From: Candidatus Dojkabacteria bacterium
GTDB lineage: Bacteria; Patescibacteriota; Dojkabacteria; SC72
DNA length: 50,276 nt
Assembly: GCA_016182915.1 (NCBI GenBank)
Contig: JACPFP010000003.1
Span: 456,390 to 506,665, forward strand
Direction of reading: 5' to 3'
A program made the translations under genes and the position numbers. Below are positions 8,611 through 16,819 of the stretch, piece after piece (the first letter of the stretch is position 1; each line of letters opens with the position of its first letter). The notes under the pieces are model-generated. The model ran no database searches. It was not told the origin of the DNA and saw nothing but the letters and a program-made list of their open reading frames with translations.

Positions 8611-10500
8611 TTACTCTACAACGTCTCCCTCTTTTACCTCGTCCTCTTTCTTCTCTTCTGGCTTCTTTTCCTCTTCCTTACTCTCTTTTGCTGCATCTTC
8701 GTAGAGCTTCTTCCCTATCTCCTGCAGTTTGTCTGAAAGTTTTGTCGTTAATTCCTTAACCTTCTCTTTATCAAAGTCGTCTTTGGAGATAAGCTCCTTG
8801 AGATCTTTAATCATAGCCTCAATCTCTTCCCTCTTCTCCTTCTCAACCTTTTCCCCACTCTCTTTTAGAAGGCTCTCTGCACTAAAGCAAAGGGTATCTG
8901 CTTCATTCCTTGTTTCAGCTCTCTCCCTCTTCTCCTTATCTTCCTTGGCGTGTTCAGCCGCCTCATTTACCATTTTTTCAATATCCTCGTCTGAAAGACC
9001 TGTGGTTGCAGTAATAGTGATCTTTTGTTCCTTGTTTGTCGCTTTATCAACTGCTTTTACATTTAGAATTCCGTTTGCATCAATTGAGAATGAAACCTCA
9101 ATCTGAGGAACTCCTCTTGGTGCAGGTGGAATACCGTCTAATATGAATGTTCCAAGGGTTTTGTTATCTGAAGCCATCTCTCTTTCACCTTGAAGAATGT
9201 GTATCTCAACTCCAGGCTGATTGTCTGCAGCAGTAGAGAAGACCTGTTTCTTCTCAACTGGGATTGTTGTATTTCTATCGATAAGTTTGGTCATAACTCC
9301 ACCAAGGGTCTCAAGACCCAGGGAAAGTGGGGTTACATCAAGGAGGGTAATGTCTTTAACGTCACCGCCAAGTACTCCACCTTGAATTGCGGCTCCAACA
9401 GCAACGACCTCATCTGGGTTAACCCCTTTATTAGGTTCTTTATTGAATATCTCCTGAACTTTTTTATAAACGGCAGGCATTCTCGTCATTCCACCAACAA
9501 GAAGGACCTCATTAATATCTGATAGATTTAATTTTGCATCCTTAATTGCCTTCTTACATGGTTCAACGGTCTGCTCTATAAGGCTGGCAACAAGCTTCTC
9601 AAGGTCAGATCTTGTCATAGTTTTTCTTAAATGTCTTGGCCCTTTGGAATCGGCTGTAATATAAGGGATGTTTATTTCTGTACTCTCTGAAGAAGACAGC
9701 TCAATCTTTGCTTTCTCTGCAGCTTCCTTCAATCTTTGTAATGCAGTTCTATCATCCTTAAGATTAATACCATCTGTATTTTTGAAATCTTCTACAAGAT
9801 ATTCAATAATCTTCTCGTCAAAGTCATCGCCACCAAGGTGGGTATCACCATTTGTAGATAGCACCTCAAACACTCCATCGCCTATCTCTAGAACAGAAAC
9901 ATCAAATGTTCCACCACCAAGATCGAATACTACGACAGTTTCATCCTTCTTACTATCCAATCCGTAAGCTAGAGCTGCTGCTGTAGGCTCATTTACAATC
10001 CTTTTAACATCAAGACCTGCAATCTTTCCCGCATCCTTAGTTGCCTGTCTCTGTGAGTCATCAAAGTATGCTGGTACCGTTATTACGGCCTCTGTAATGG
10101 ATTCACCTAAAAAGGTCTCTGCATCCTTCTTGAGTTTGGCAAGAACCTTCGCAGAGATTTCTTGTGGTGAATACCATTTATCACCCATCTTTACCTCTAC
10201 ACCCCCACTCTTTGATTCTTGCATTTCAAAAGGCAGTACATCTTTATCCTTTTTAATCTCAGGATCACTCCACTTTCTTCCTATTAACCTTTTAACAGAA
10301 TATATCGTTCCTGTTGGATTTATTACAGACTGATTCTTCGCAGGGGTTCCGACAAGAACCTCTCCTTTATCGTCAACAGCTACAATCGAGGGAGTTAGTC
10401 GTCCACCCTGAGCATTTGCGATTACAGTTGGCTTTCCACCTGACATGTATGCCATTACTGAGTTTGTTGTACCGAGATCTATTCCTAATATTTTTCCCAT
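8611..10500 (-). CDS. dnaK: Chaperone DnaK (Hsp70)
   Basis: [32 protein letters not shown] and GVPQIEV motifs. Confidence 0.99.
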   Translation of the reverse strand: MGKILGIDLGTTNSVMAYMSGGKPTVIANAQGGRLTPSIVAVDDKGEVLVGTPAKNQSVINPTGTIYSVKRLIGRKWSDPEIKKDKDVLPFEMQESKSGGVEVKMGDKWYSPQEISAKVLAKLKKDAETFLGESITEAVITVPAYFDDSQRQATKDAGKIAGLDVKRIVNEPTAAALAYGLDSKKDETVVVFDLGGGTFDVSVLEIGDGVFEVLSTNGDTHLGGDDFDEKIIEYLVEDFKNTDGINLKDDRTALQRLKEAAEKAKIELSSSESTEINIPYITADSKGPRHLRKTMTRSDLEKLVASLIEQTVEPCKKAIKDAKLNLSDINEVLLVGGMTRMPAVYKKVQEIFNKEPNKGVNPDEVVAVGAAIQGGVLGGDVKDITLLDVTPLSLGLETLGGVMTKLIDRNTTIPVEKKQVFSTAADNQPGVEIHILQGEREMASDNKTLGTFILDGIPPAPRGVPQIEVSFSIDANGILNVKAVDKATNKEQKITITATTGLSDEDIEKMVNEAAEHAKEDKEKRERAETRNEADTLCFSAESLLKESGEKVEKEKREEIEAMIKDLKELISKDDFDKEKVKELTTKLSDKLQEIGKKLYEDAAKESKEEEKKPEEKKEDEVKEGDVVE

Positions 10501-10517
10501 ATTTTTATAATAATAAT

Positions 10518-11078
10518 TTAAATTTTAGGTTGGGATATAATGACCCTTGCAGGTCTAACTATGATGTCGTTTAGCATGTATCCAGGCTGAACAACCTCAT
10601 AGATAGTACCAGCAACTCCCTCAGGAACAGTTCCAAGTGCCTCATGCATACTTGAATCGAACATGTCTCCCTTTTTAGTCTCCATTTTAATAATACCGAA
10701 CTCTCCCACAGCTTTCTCAATATCAAAAAGTGTCGCTTTAACACCTTCAACCCACTTAAGAGTCTCTTCACTCATCTTCATATTTGCGGAGTTAACTACA
10801 GCAAAGTTAACATCATCGAGAACATTTAAGAGTGTCCTCGTAATCTGTAATTTAATCTGTATAGATCTATTCTCAACTCTTTTCTCAATATCTCTTTCTA
10901 GGTTTGAGTAGTCTGCAAGGGCTTTAACTAACTGATTTCTCATTACTAGCTTCTCATCCTCCACCTTATCAATGGTAGTTGCGAGAGTCTTTAAGTCGTT
11001 CTCAAGTTCCTTAATCTTCTTATCGTAGTCTTTCATAGTATTTGAGTTACTTCCATTTTTCATATTATTTAGTTCCAA
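10518..11078 (-). CDS. grpE: Nucleotide exchange factor GrpE
   Basis: Coiled coil with [16 protein letters not shown] and [14 protein letters not shown]; between hrcA and dnaK. Start could be 11063. Confidence 0.95.
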   Translation of the reverse strand: MELNNMKNGSNSNTMKDYDKKIKELENDLKTLATTIDKVEDEKLVMRNQLVKALADYSNLERDIEKRVENRSIQIKLQITRTLLNVLDDVNFAVVNSANMKMSEETLKWVEGVKATLFDIEKAVGEFGIIKMETKKGDMFDSSMHEALGTVPEGVAGTIYEVVQPGYMLNDIIVRPARVIISQPKI

Positions 11079-11794
11079 CCTTTAAGTGAATTTTCAATAG
11101 ATTCCCTTATAACTGAGAGTATTGATACTACTTTAGAATAGTCGAGACGTCTTGAACCGATAACTCCCATGTGGCCAGCTCTGTTATTTAATAGCTTTAC
11201 TTCAACAAAGGCAATTGAGCAGTTTTCTAGATCCTGAATACCTGTTTCTGCTCCGATTAGAAGAGAGACCTGCTGTCCTTCATATCTGGAGAAGATTTTT
11301 CTTAATATATCTCTATCCTCTAAAACATCTAGGACCCTTTGTAATATCTCAACATTTCTTAGCTCATCATACTTCATAAGAGAGGAGACTCCGTAGTATC
11401 TTCTATCATCGTCCGAGAGGAAAAAGGCAGCACAATCGGTTTTCTTAACAAGAATATCTAGAATATCTCTAATTAGTTGGTCTTGTGAGAATCTAAGTTT
11501 GAATATTCCCTGTCTTATTTCGACCTCGTCCATCTGTGATAATCTTTTGGTGTCTGCAACTTCCTTTACATAGAGACGGATAGCTTGGTCTGTTGGGTGT
11601 CTTCCAGAGGAGATATGGCTTTTTTCAAGGAGGCCTTCCTGCATGAGCTTAACCATTTCACTTCGAATTGTAGCAGAGCTTATACCTAGGTTATGTTTCT
11701 TCATTAGAGAAACAGACCCTATTTCATCTGCATTGCTCATGAATTCCTCCATGATTGCCATGAGAATATTTTTCTGTCTTTCTGATAGTGTCAT
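11069..11794 (-). CDS. hrcA: Heat-inducible repressor HrcA (short form)
   Basis: LSERQKNIL, SSATIRSEM, SHISSGRHPT and GVIGSRRLDY motifs; CIRCE directly upstream. Confidence 0.95.
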   Translation of the reverse strand: MTLSERQKNILMAIMEEFMSNADEIGSVSLMKKHNLGISSATIRSEMVKLMQEGLLEKSHISSGRHPTDQAIRLYVKEVADTKRLSQMDEVEIRQGIFKLRFSQDQLIRDILDILVKKTDCAAFFLSDDDRRYYGVSSLMKYDELRNVEILQRVLDVLEDRDILRKIFSRYEGQQVSLLIGAETGIQDLENCSIAFVEVKLLNNRAGHMGVIGSRRLDYSKVVSILSVIRESIENSLKGWN

Positions 11795-11821
11795 TTAGCA
11801 CTCCAAACAATTGATTGCTAG
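11795..11821 (-). promoter_or_regulatory. CIRCE operator of hrcA-grpE-dnaK
   Basis: + strand TTAGCACTC-N9-GATTGCTAG abutting the hrcA ATG. Confidence 0.92.
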
Positions 11822-11850
11822 AGGATAACATTTGAAAAGAAGAGAGTCAA
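11822..11850 (-). promoter_or_regulatory. Sigma70 promoter of the hrcA operon
   Basis: Minus strand TTGACT (11850-11845), 17 nt spacer, TATCCT (11827-11822) with extended TG; same placement relative to CIRCE as at groES. Confidence 0.8.
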
Positions 11851-11861
11851 GTTCAGAGACT

Positions 11862-13034
11862 TTATTTCATAGAGTGAGCAAAAGAGTTGCGTTTACCCCT
11901 TATATTGAATAAAACTCCTACGAAAAGAAAGAGTCCAAGAACGAGACCTATACTTGTTGCAGGGACCTTATCCGTTAATGAAGTTATGAAAAATACAGTT
12001 AATGCATAAGGTATCTTACTTAACATTGAAAAAGTAGACAGACTCGTTGCACGATATTTTGATTCAATATTTCGGTTAAGAATTCCTGAAATCCTATTCC
12101 CTATTATTGGTTCCAAGACAAACCTTACAAGAACCATGGAAGCACCAATATACATTCCCACGAAAGGTGAAACGAGAAGACTAATCACATAGAGGCCAAC
12201 CGAAATTAGCAGAAAGTTTCTAATCCTACCTTTCTGTTGAAGTCTCCCTGCCCAAATTGAGCCTAATCCCCCACACAAAGCAAAGATAGCACTTGTGATT
12301 CCAAGGATTTCTTCACTGAATCCATACTCAACCATCAGAATATCGTTATAGCCCTCGTTCATGATTATCATAATAACGGCAATAAACAGTAATCCAAAAG
12401 TTATTTTCTTTAGGGTCACATTTCTAAATAGGTGCTTAGAACCTTCAATATTCTGTTTAAAATACGTAGAAAGGGTAAATTTTTCAGTATCAACCCTAGG
12501 TTCCCTAAGGAAGAATGTTAGTATCCAAGCAACTGCCATACCAACTCCGTTCATTATAAATGGCAATCCAGGAGATAGTTTATAGAGGAAACCTCCAATT
12601 ACACCGCATACCGCAAATGATACATATGTAATTGCTGTTACATTTCCCAGAACCCTATCATATTCGTCCTCTTTTCCGTTATCTTTCAAAGTGTCGTATA
12701 TCATAGCCTCAAATGTTCCTGACATGAAAGCATAACCAATGTTTAATGTAATAAGCGAGAGTGCCACCTGAAGTAGATCCGGTGCAAAACCCATCCATAT
12801 TTGGGAAAAAGCAAGTACAAATGTGGCAATAATTAACGTTGTTCTTTTACCTAATAAATCACCGACTGCTCCCGTTGGTATCTCTGCAAGAATTCCAGTT
12901 ACTACCATCACAACCTCCAAAATTCCTACTGCAGTATATCCCCCAAATCCTTTGTAGTATAAAATCCATATTCCAAGCCAAAACCATGAATATTTAAGTC
13001 CCGTAATCCAATATGCAAGTCTAATATTTCTCAT
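11862..13034 (-). CDS. MFS transporter
   Basis: About 12 TM helices; EIPTGAVGDLLGKR (motif A), SGTFEAMIYDTL and SKYRATSLS motifs. Confidence 0.92.
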   Translation of the reverse strand: MRNIRLAYWITGLKYSWFWLGIWILYYKGFGGYTAVGILEVVMVVTGILAEIPTGAVGDLLGKRTTLIIATFVLAFSQIWMGFAPDLLQVALSLITLNIGYAFMSGTFEAMIYDTLKDNGKEDEYDRVLGNVTAITYVSFAVCGVIGGFLYKLSPGLPFIMNGVGMAVAWILTFFLREPRVDTEKFTLSTYFKQNIEGSKHLFRNVTLKKITFGLLFIAVIMIIMNEGYNDILMVEYGFSEEILGITSAIFALCGGLGSIWAGRLQQKGRIRNFLLISVGLYVISLLVSPFVGMYIGASMVLVRFVLEPIIGNRISGILNRNIESKYRATSLSTFSMLSKIPYALTVFFITSLTDKVPATSIGLVLGLFLFVGVLFNIRGKRNSFAHSMK

Positions 13035-13130
13035 AACATGAAAAACAAAATAAATCGTACAAATTATACAGGAATAGTCATATCCTTAGTAGACAAAGCC
13101 TACCAATTCTGATAAACTCACGTACTGAAT

Positions 13131-13775
13131 ATGGAGAAAATAGTATTAAACAAAAGAGAAGTAACTGGTAAGAGAGCAGGCAAACTTGCCGCTCAAGCAA
13201 TCGTACCTGCAGTTGTATATAACGAGAAGACAGAATCTTTTAATGTACAAATTACCTTAAAAGAAGCTAACTGGTTAGATGCACACGCAACATCTACAAC
13301 CATCCTCGATGCAGAACTAAACGGAAAAATGGTTAAGACTGTTGTTAAAGACATTGACCATAATCCTAGAACGGGAGCTGTAAGGCACGTTGCATTCTTC
13401 CAGATCGATGAGAATAAGGAGATGATTTTCTCTATTCCATTCACATTGGTAGGTGTATCTCCTGCAGTTAAAAATAACCTTGGTATTCTTGTTAAAACCC
13501 TCCAATCAGTTGATGTTAAATGTAAACTCGCAGACCTTGTTAAGGATATTGAGATTGATATCTCAGGTCTTGAGCACCCAGGTCAAACTATTTCTATTTC
13601 AGATATATCCCTTCCTAAAGGTATGTCCCTTCCAAATGAGGAGCATGCAAATAGCGCAATAGTAACTATTACACAGTTGCAAAAGATTGAAGAAGTTACA
13701 ACGACTCCTGTAGAAGGAGAAGAAGGTGCAGAGGCTCCAGTAGCAGAGACAGAAGAAACAGCTAAAACGGAGTAA
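13131..13775 (+). CDS. rplY: 50S ribosomal protein bL25 / Ctc (long form)
   Basis: VPAVVY, KDIDHNP..HVAF, IPFTLVGVSPAVK and IEIDISGL motifs; acidic tail. TAGACA-17-TAAACT promoter at 13090-13118. Confidence 0.93.
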   Translation: MEKIVLNKREVTGKRAGKLAAQAIVPAVVYNEKTESFNVQITLKEANWLDAHATSTTILDAELNGKMVKTVVKDIDHNPRTGAVRHVAFFQIDENKEMIFSIPFTLVGVSPAVKNNLGILVKTLQSVDVKCKLADLVKDIEIDISGLEHPGQTISISDISLPKGMSLPNEEHANSAIVTITQLQKIEEVTTTPVEGEEGAEAPVAETEETAKTE

Positions 13776-13785
13776 TCCATACATT

Positions 13786-14718
13786 ATGATTTCAATCATA
13801 ATAACCTCATATAAAGAACCAAGAACAATAGGGAAAGCTATATTAGCCATAGCGGATCCTGCTTTTTCAGGAATTACGGGACCATTTGAGGTAATTCAAG
13901 TGTCACCAGATCAGGAGACTCTCGATGCGGGCCTTAAGGCTGCAAAGAAACTGAAACTGGGTAAATCCTTTAAACTGATAAAGGACGTAAGAAGGGGAAA
14001 ACCATATGCATTAAAGCTAGCCTTTAAAGAGGCAAAAGGAGATATTGTAATCCTTACAGATGGAGACGCAAGATTCCAACGAAATGCTGTAAAAGAGATT
14101 CTTAAACCGTTTTCAAATAAAAGGGTGGCTGGTGTAACAGGAAGACCAGTTGCAAGAAACAAAAGGGATAGTTTCTATGGGTATATGGGGAATCTTCTTG
14201 CAGATTCTGCTCATCATAGAAGGACCCACACAATGGTACCTGAATCTGGGTATTATATATCTGGGGATACATTCTTTCCTATGAGTGGATATATTATGGC
14301 TGTAAGAAGAATTATAAAGAGTATTCCAAAGGATGTTCTCTCCGATGATGCATATATATCATACATAATCAGGAACAAAGGCTTCGAAATTGCTTATAAT
14401 CCAAAGGCAGAGGTAAAGCTTAAGTACCCTACTACACTTCAAGACTACTATGATCAGAAAGTTAGATCACTTGGAGGTTTTATACAGTTAGAGAAATATG
14501 GAATATTTAAAAGGGACAAACAGAGTAGAAGTTTTTTTATAGAACTACCTTATGCACTATTCGTACTCACCTATCCAAAGAGTATCAGAGAACTATACTG
14601 GTCTCTACTAATGTTCCCTACTCGATTAATTGTATGGGCAGGAATATTTGTAGAAAGAGTTCTGCTAAGGAAAGGAATGCCTAATAAGGGTTGGAAACGA
14701 ATTGAGAGTACAAAGTAG
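13786..14718 (+). CDS. Glycosyltransferase family 2 with C-terminal membrane segment
   Basis: ISIIITSYKE, GKPYAL, LTDGD, LSDDAY and QKVRS (QxxRW-like) motifs. Confidence 0.88.
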   Translation: MISIIITSYKEPRTIGKAILAIADPAFSGITGPFEVIQVSPDQETLDAGLKAAKKLKLGKSFKLIKDVRRGKPYALKLAFKEAKGDIVILTDGDARFQRNAVKEILKPFSNKRVAGVTGRPVARNKRDSFYGYMGNLLADSAHHRRTHTMVPESGYYISGDTFFPMSGYIMAVRRIIKSIPKDVLSDDAYISYIIRNKGFEIAYNPKAEVKLKYPTTLQDYYDQKVRSLGGFIQLEKYGIFKRDKQSRSFFIELPYALFVLTYPKSIRELYWSLLMFPTRLIVWAGIFVERVLLRKGMPNKGWKRIESTK

Positions 14719-14729
14719 TATAATATAGG

Positions 14730-15314
14730 ATGCATTTAGGTAGCAATCCACAAATTACCCACTCTTTCCAATCAAATCAATCTTCGCTATCGAAAGGAGT
14801 TTTTTACAAAGACACTGAAGATTGGGTAATTTTTGCTGGTTCTCGAGAGGAGAGAGATTTAGTTAAGCCAATTGAGGAAATTGAAGCTCATATTGATGCC
14901 CTTCTTGCAGATGGACATAAAATTGCATATATAACAGGCGGATTTGAGGGTACGATGGCCCATATTCAGTTACTAGGACAGTTTTCCAACCCGGTAGTAC
15001 TTGGGCTAGAACCAGATAAATATATCCTAAACAAAGGGCGTTTACCCCTCAATACACTTGATCAACGAATAGATTTTTGGTCAAAACTTCTCCCTGAAGG
15101 AAGCATAATTTTTGTGGTACCAGATCATTCCGAGGACGGTTTCTACGATAGTCTGGCGAAAGAAATTGGTGTATTCAGAAGACAAAATGTTTATCACATA
15201 GGTTGCAACGATGATAGAGAAGATGTGAAAATTGCGAGAAGGAGTAGAGCGGCCTCGGGCTATTATTTAGAAGTATCCTTTGGAGAGAACCTTCATGCGT
15301 CCAACTATAATTAA
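14730..15314 (+). CDS. Divergent cytidylyltransferase-like (RfaE/TagD fold) protein
   Basis: IAYITGGFEGTMAH, VVLGLEPD and KGRLPLNTLDQR resemble the HxGH nucleotidyltransferase layout. Confidence 0.6.
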   Translation: MHLGSNPQITHSFQSNQSSLSKGVFYKDTEDWVIFAGSREERDLVKPIEEIEAHIDALLADGHKIAYITGGFEGTMAHIQLLGQFSNPVVLGLEPDKYILNKGRLPLNTLDQRIDFWSKLLPEGSIIFVVPDHSEDGFYDSLAKEIGVFRRQNVYHIGCNDDREDVKIARRSRAASGYYLEVSFGENLHASNYN

Positions 15315-15703
15315 CTACCGTATCCTTTCCCCAGGTGGAGAATTCTCTTTTCAAGAAAACTGTCTTTCTTCTCTAAAGAATGTAAGTAGACAGTAAGCTC
15401 CCCTTGAATATAATTACTAATTCCAACTACAACATCCTGCAACGTCATAATCCTACTATTATGATCCTCTAACATCTCCTCCACGACCATTAAACGACTA
15501 TCTAAGCTGGTAAGCTGAATCTCTATAGTTGCAAACCTTTTATCTATGTCATCAAGCCTCTTATCCACTCTATCAAGTCTCCTCTCCACCCCATCAAGTC
15601 TCCCCTCAACTCTATCAAGTCTCTTCTCTATTCCTTCAAATTTTCCGTTTATAGGATCAAAGAAGGTTTCCTTTAGTATTTGAATATCCTGTTTGGTTAA
15701 CAT
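15311..15703 (-). CDS. Coiled-coil heptad-repeat protein
   Basis: MLTKQDIQ start followed by repeated RLD.VE.RLD heptads. Confidence 0.8.
   Translation of the reverse strand: MLTKQDIQILKETFFDPINGKFEGIEKRLDRVEGRLDGVERRLDRVDKRLDDIDKRFATIEIQLTSLDSRLMVVEEMLEDHNSRIMTLQDVVVGISNYIQGELTVYLHSLEKKDSFLEKRILHLGKGYGS
15551..15634. repeat. Imperfect 21-bp coding tandem repeat, 4 copies
   Basis: Units atcaagcctcttatccactct / atcaagtctcctctccacccc / atcaagtctcccctcaactct / atcaagtctcttctctattcc. Confidence 0.85.
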
Positions 15704-15830
15704 TTTGTATAAATGATAATTTAGGCAGATATAATTGTAAACAAAAGATATGAAATATTTCTTAAGTCACAGTATCTGGAGATTCCCACCTGGCAAGAGT
15801 TCTCTATTTAAGGAAGAAACTAATATAAAT

Positions 15831-15856
15831 AAAAAACACCCCATTTCTGGGGTGTT
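15831..15856 (-). terminator. Intrinsic terminator after rpsG
   Basis: Minus strand AACACCCCA-GAAA-TGGGGTGTT followed by TTTTATTT. Confidence 0.9.
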
Positions 15857-15881
15857 CCAAATTCAAAGATTTAGTTGAAGA

Positions 15882-16349
15882 CTACCATCTGAAATGTGCA
15901 AATGCTTTGTTTGCATCTGCCATCTTCTCAACGTCTGCCTTCTTCTTCATTGCATCTCCTTCTCCATTGAATGCCGCAACGAGTTCAGTCTCCAATAGTT
16001 TAGCAAATGACTGTCCACTCTTCTTTCTTGTGTTATCTACAATCCATCTGATTGCCAATGTTTCCTGTCTTGCGGCTGGAACTGGAACAGGAACTGCATA
16101 GTTAGCACCACCAACTCTCCTAGTTCTTACTTCCAATGATGGTCTTACCTTTGCAACAACTTCTTCTAGAAACTTATCTGGTTCAATTTTAAACTTCTTT
16201 GCACCACTCTCAATAGCTTCGTATACAAGTGCAGATGCAGTACTCTTCTTTCCATGCTGCATTACCTTACTTATAAGTCTTGCAACAAGATAGCTACCAT
16301 AGATAGCGTCCTTCTGTTGTACTCTTCTTTTTGCCTTATGTCCTCTCAT
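15882..16349 (-). CDS. rpsG: 30S ribosomal protein uS7
   Basis: GKKSTA, EVRTRRVGGANY and MADANKAFAHFRW motifs. Confidence 0.98.
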   Translation of the reverse strand: MRGHKAKRRVQQKDAIYGSYLVARLISKVMQHGKKSTASALVYEAIESGAKKFKIEPDKFLEEVVAKVRPSLEVRTRRVGGANYAVPVPVPAARQETLAIRWIVDNTRKKSGQSFAKLLETELVAAFNGEGDAMKKKADVEKMADANKAFAHFRW

Positions 16350-16371
16350 TTCTTAAACTTTTAAAATATAA

Positions 16372-16794
16372 TTATTCTTTGTGAGCTTTTGCTTTCTTAG
16401 CTCCATACTTTGATCTTGCTTTCTGTCTTCCTTGAACTCCCTGTGTATCATACTTTCCTCTTACAACTATATACTTAACACCCGGCAAGTCTCTCTTCCT
16501 ACCTGCTCTAACAAGAACAACTGAGTGTTCCTGCAGGTTATGACCTTCACCAGGAATGTAAGCAACAACTTCCATTCCGTTGGAGAGTCTAACCTTAGCA
16601 ACCTTTCGAAGGGCTGAGTTAGGTTTTTTAGGAGTCATAGTCTTTACTTGAATACAAACTCCTCTTTTGAAAGGATTGTCTGCTTTCTTGTACCTTTTCT
16701 TCAAAGTATTAAAGTTTGTTCCCAAAGCTTTAAATCTCAATTTCTTAGGTTTCGACTTTCTAGGTTTTCTTATTAACTGATTTATCGTTGGCAT
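16372..16794 (-). CDS. rpsL: 30S ribosomal protein uS12
   Basis: [31 protein letters not shown] and DLPGV motifs. Confidence 0.98.
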   Translation of the reverse strand: MPTINQLIRKPRKSKPKKLRFKALGTNFNTLKKRYKKADNPFKRGVCIQVKTMTPKKPNSALRKVAKVRLSNGMEVVAYIPGEGHNLQEHSVVLVRAGRKRDLPGVKYIVVRGKYDTQGVQGRQKARSKYGAKKAKAHKE

Positions 16795-16819
16795 GCTTGG
16801 TATTATACTACAATATTAA

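Noticed and set aside
8729-10574. Several + strand ORFs antisense to dnaK
   Set aside because: Shadow frames of a conserved gene; Ser/Phe-rich mirror composition and no independent signals.
15551-15634. Regularly spaced repeats as a possible CRISPR array
   Set aside because: The 21-bp period is in frame and coding, there are no unique spacers of CRISPR length, and no cas genes are present.
15755-15820. GC-richer patch between the rpsG terminator and the coiled-coil gene; CAGGTGGGAA faintly recalls a ZTP riboswitch
   Set aside because: Other conserved elements are absent, pairing is weak, and the downstream gene does not fit.
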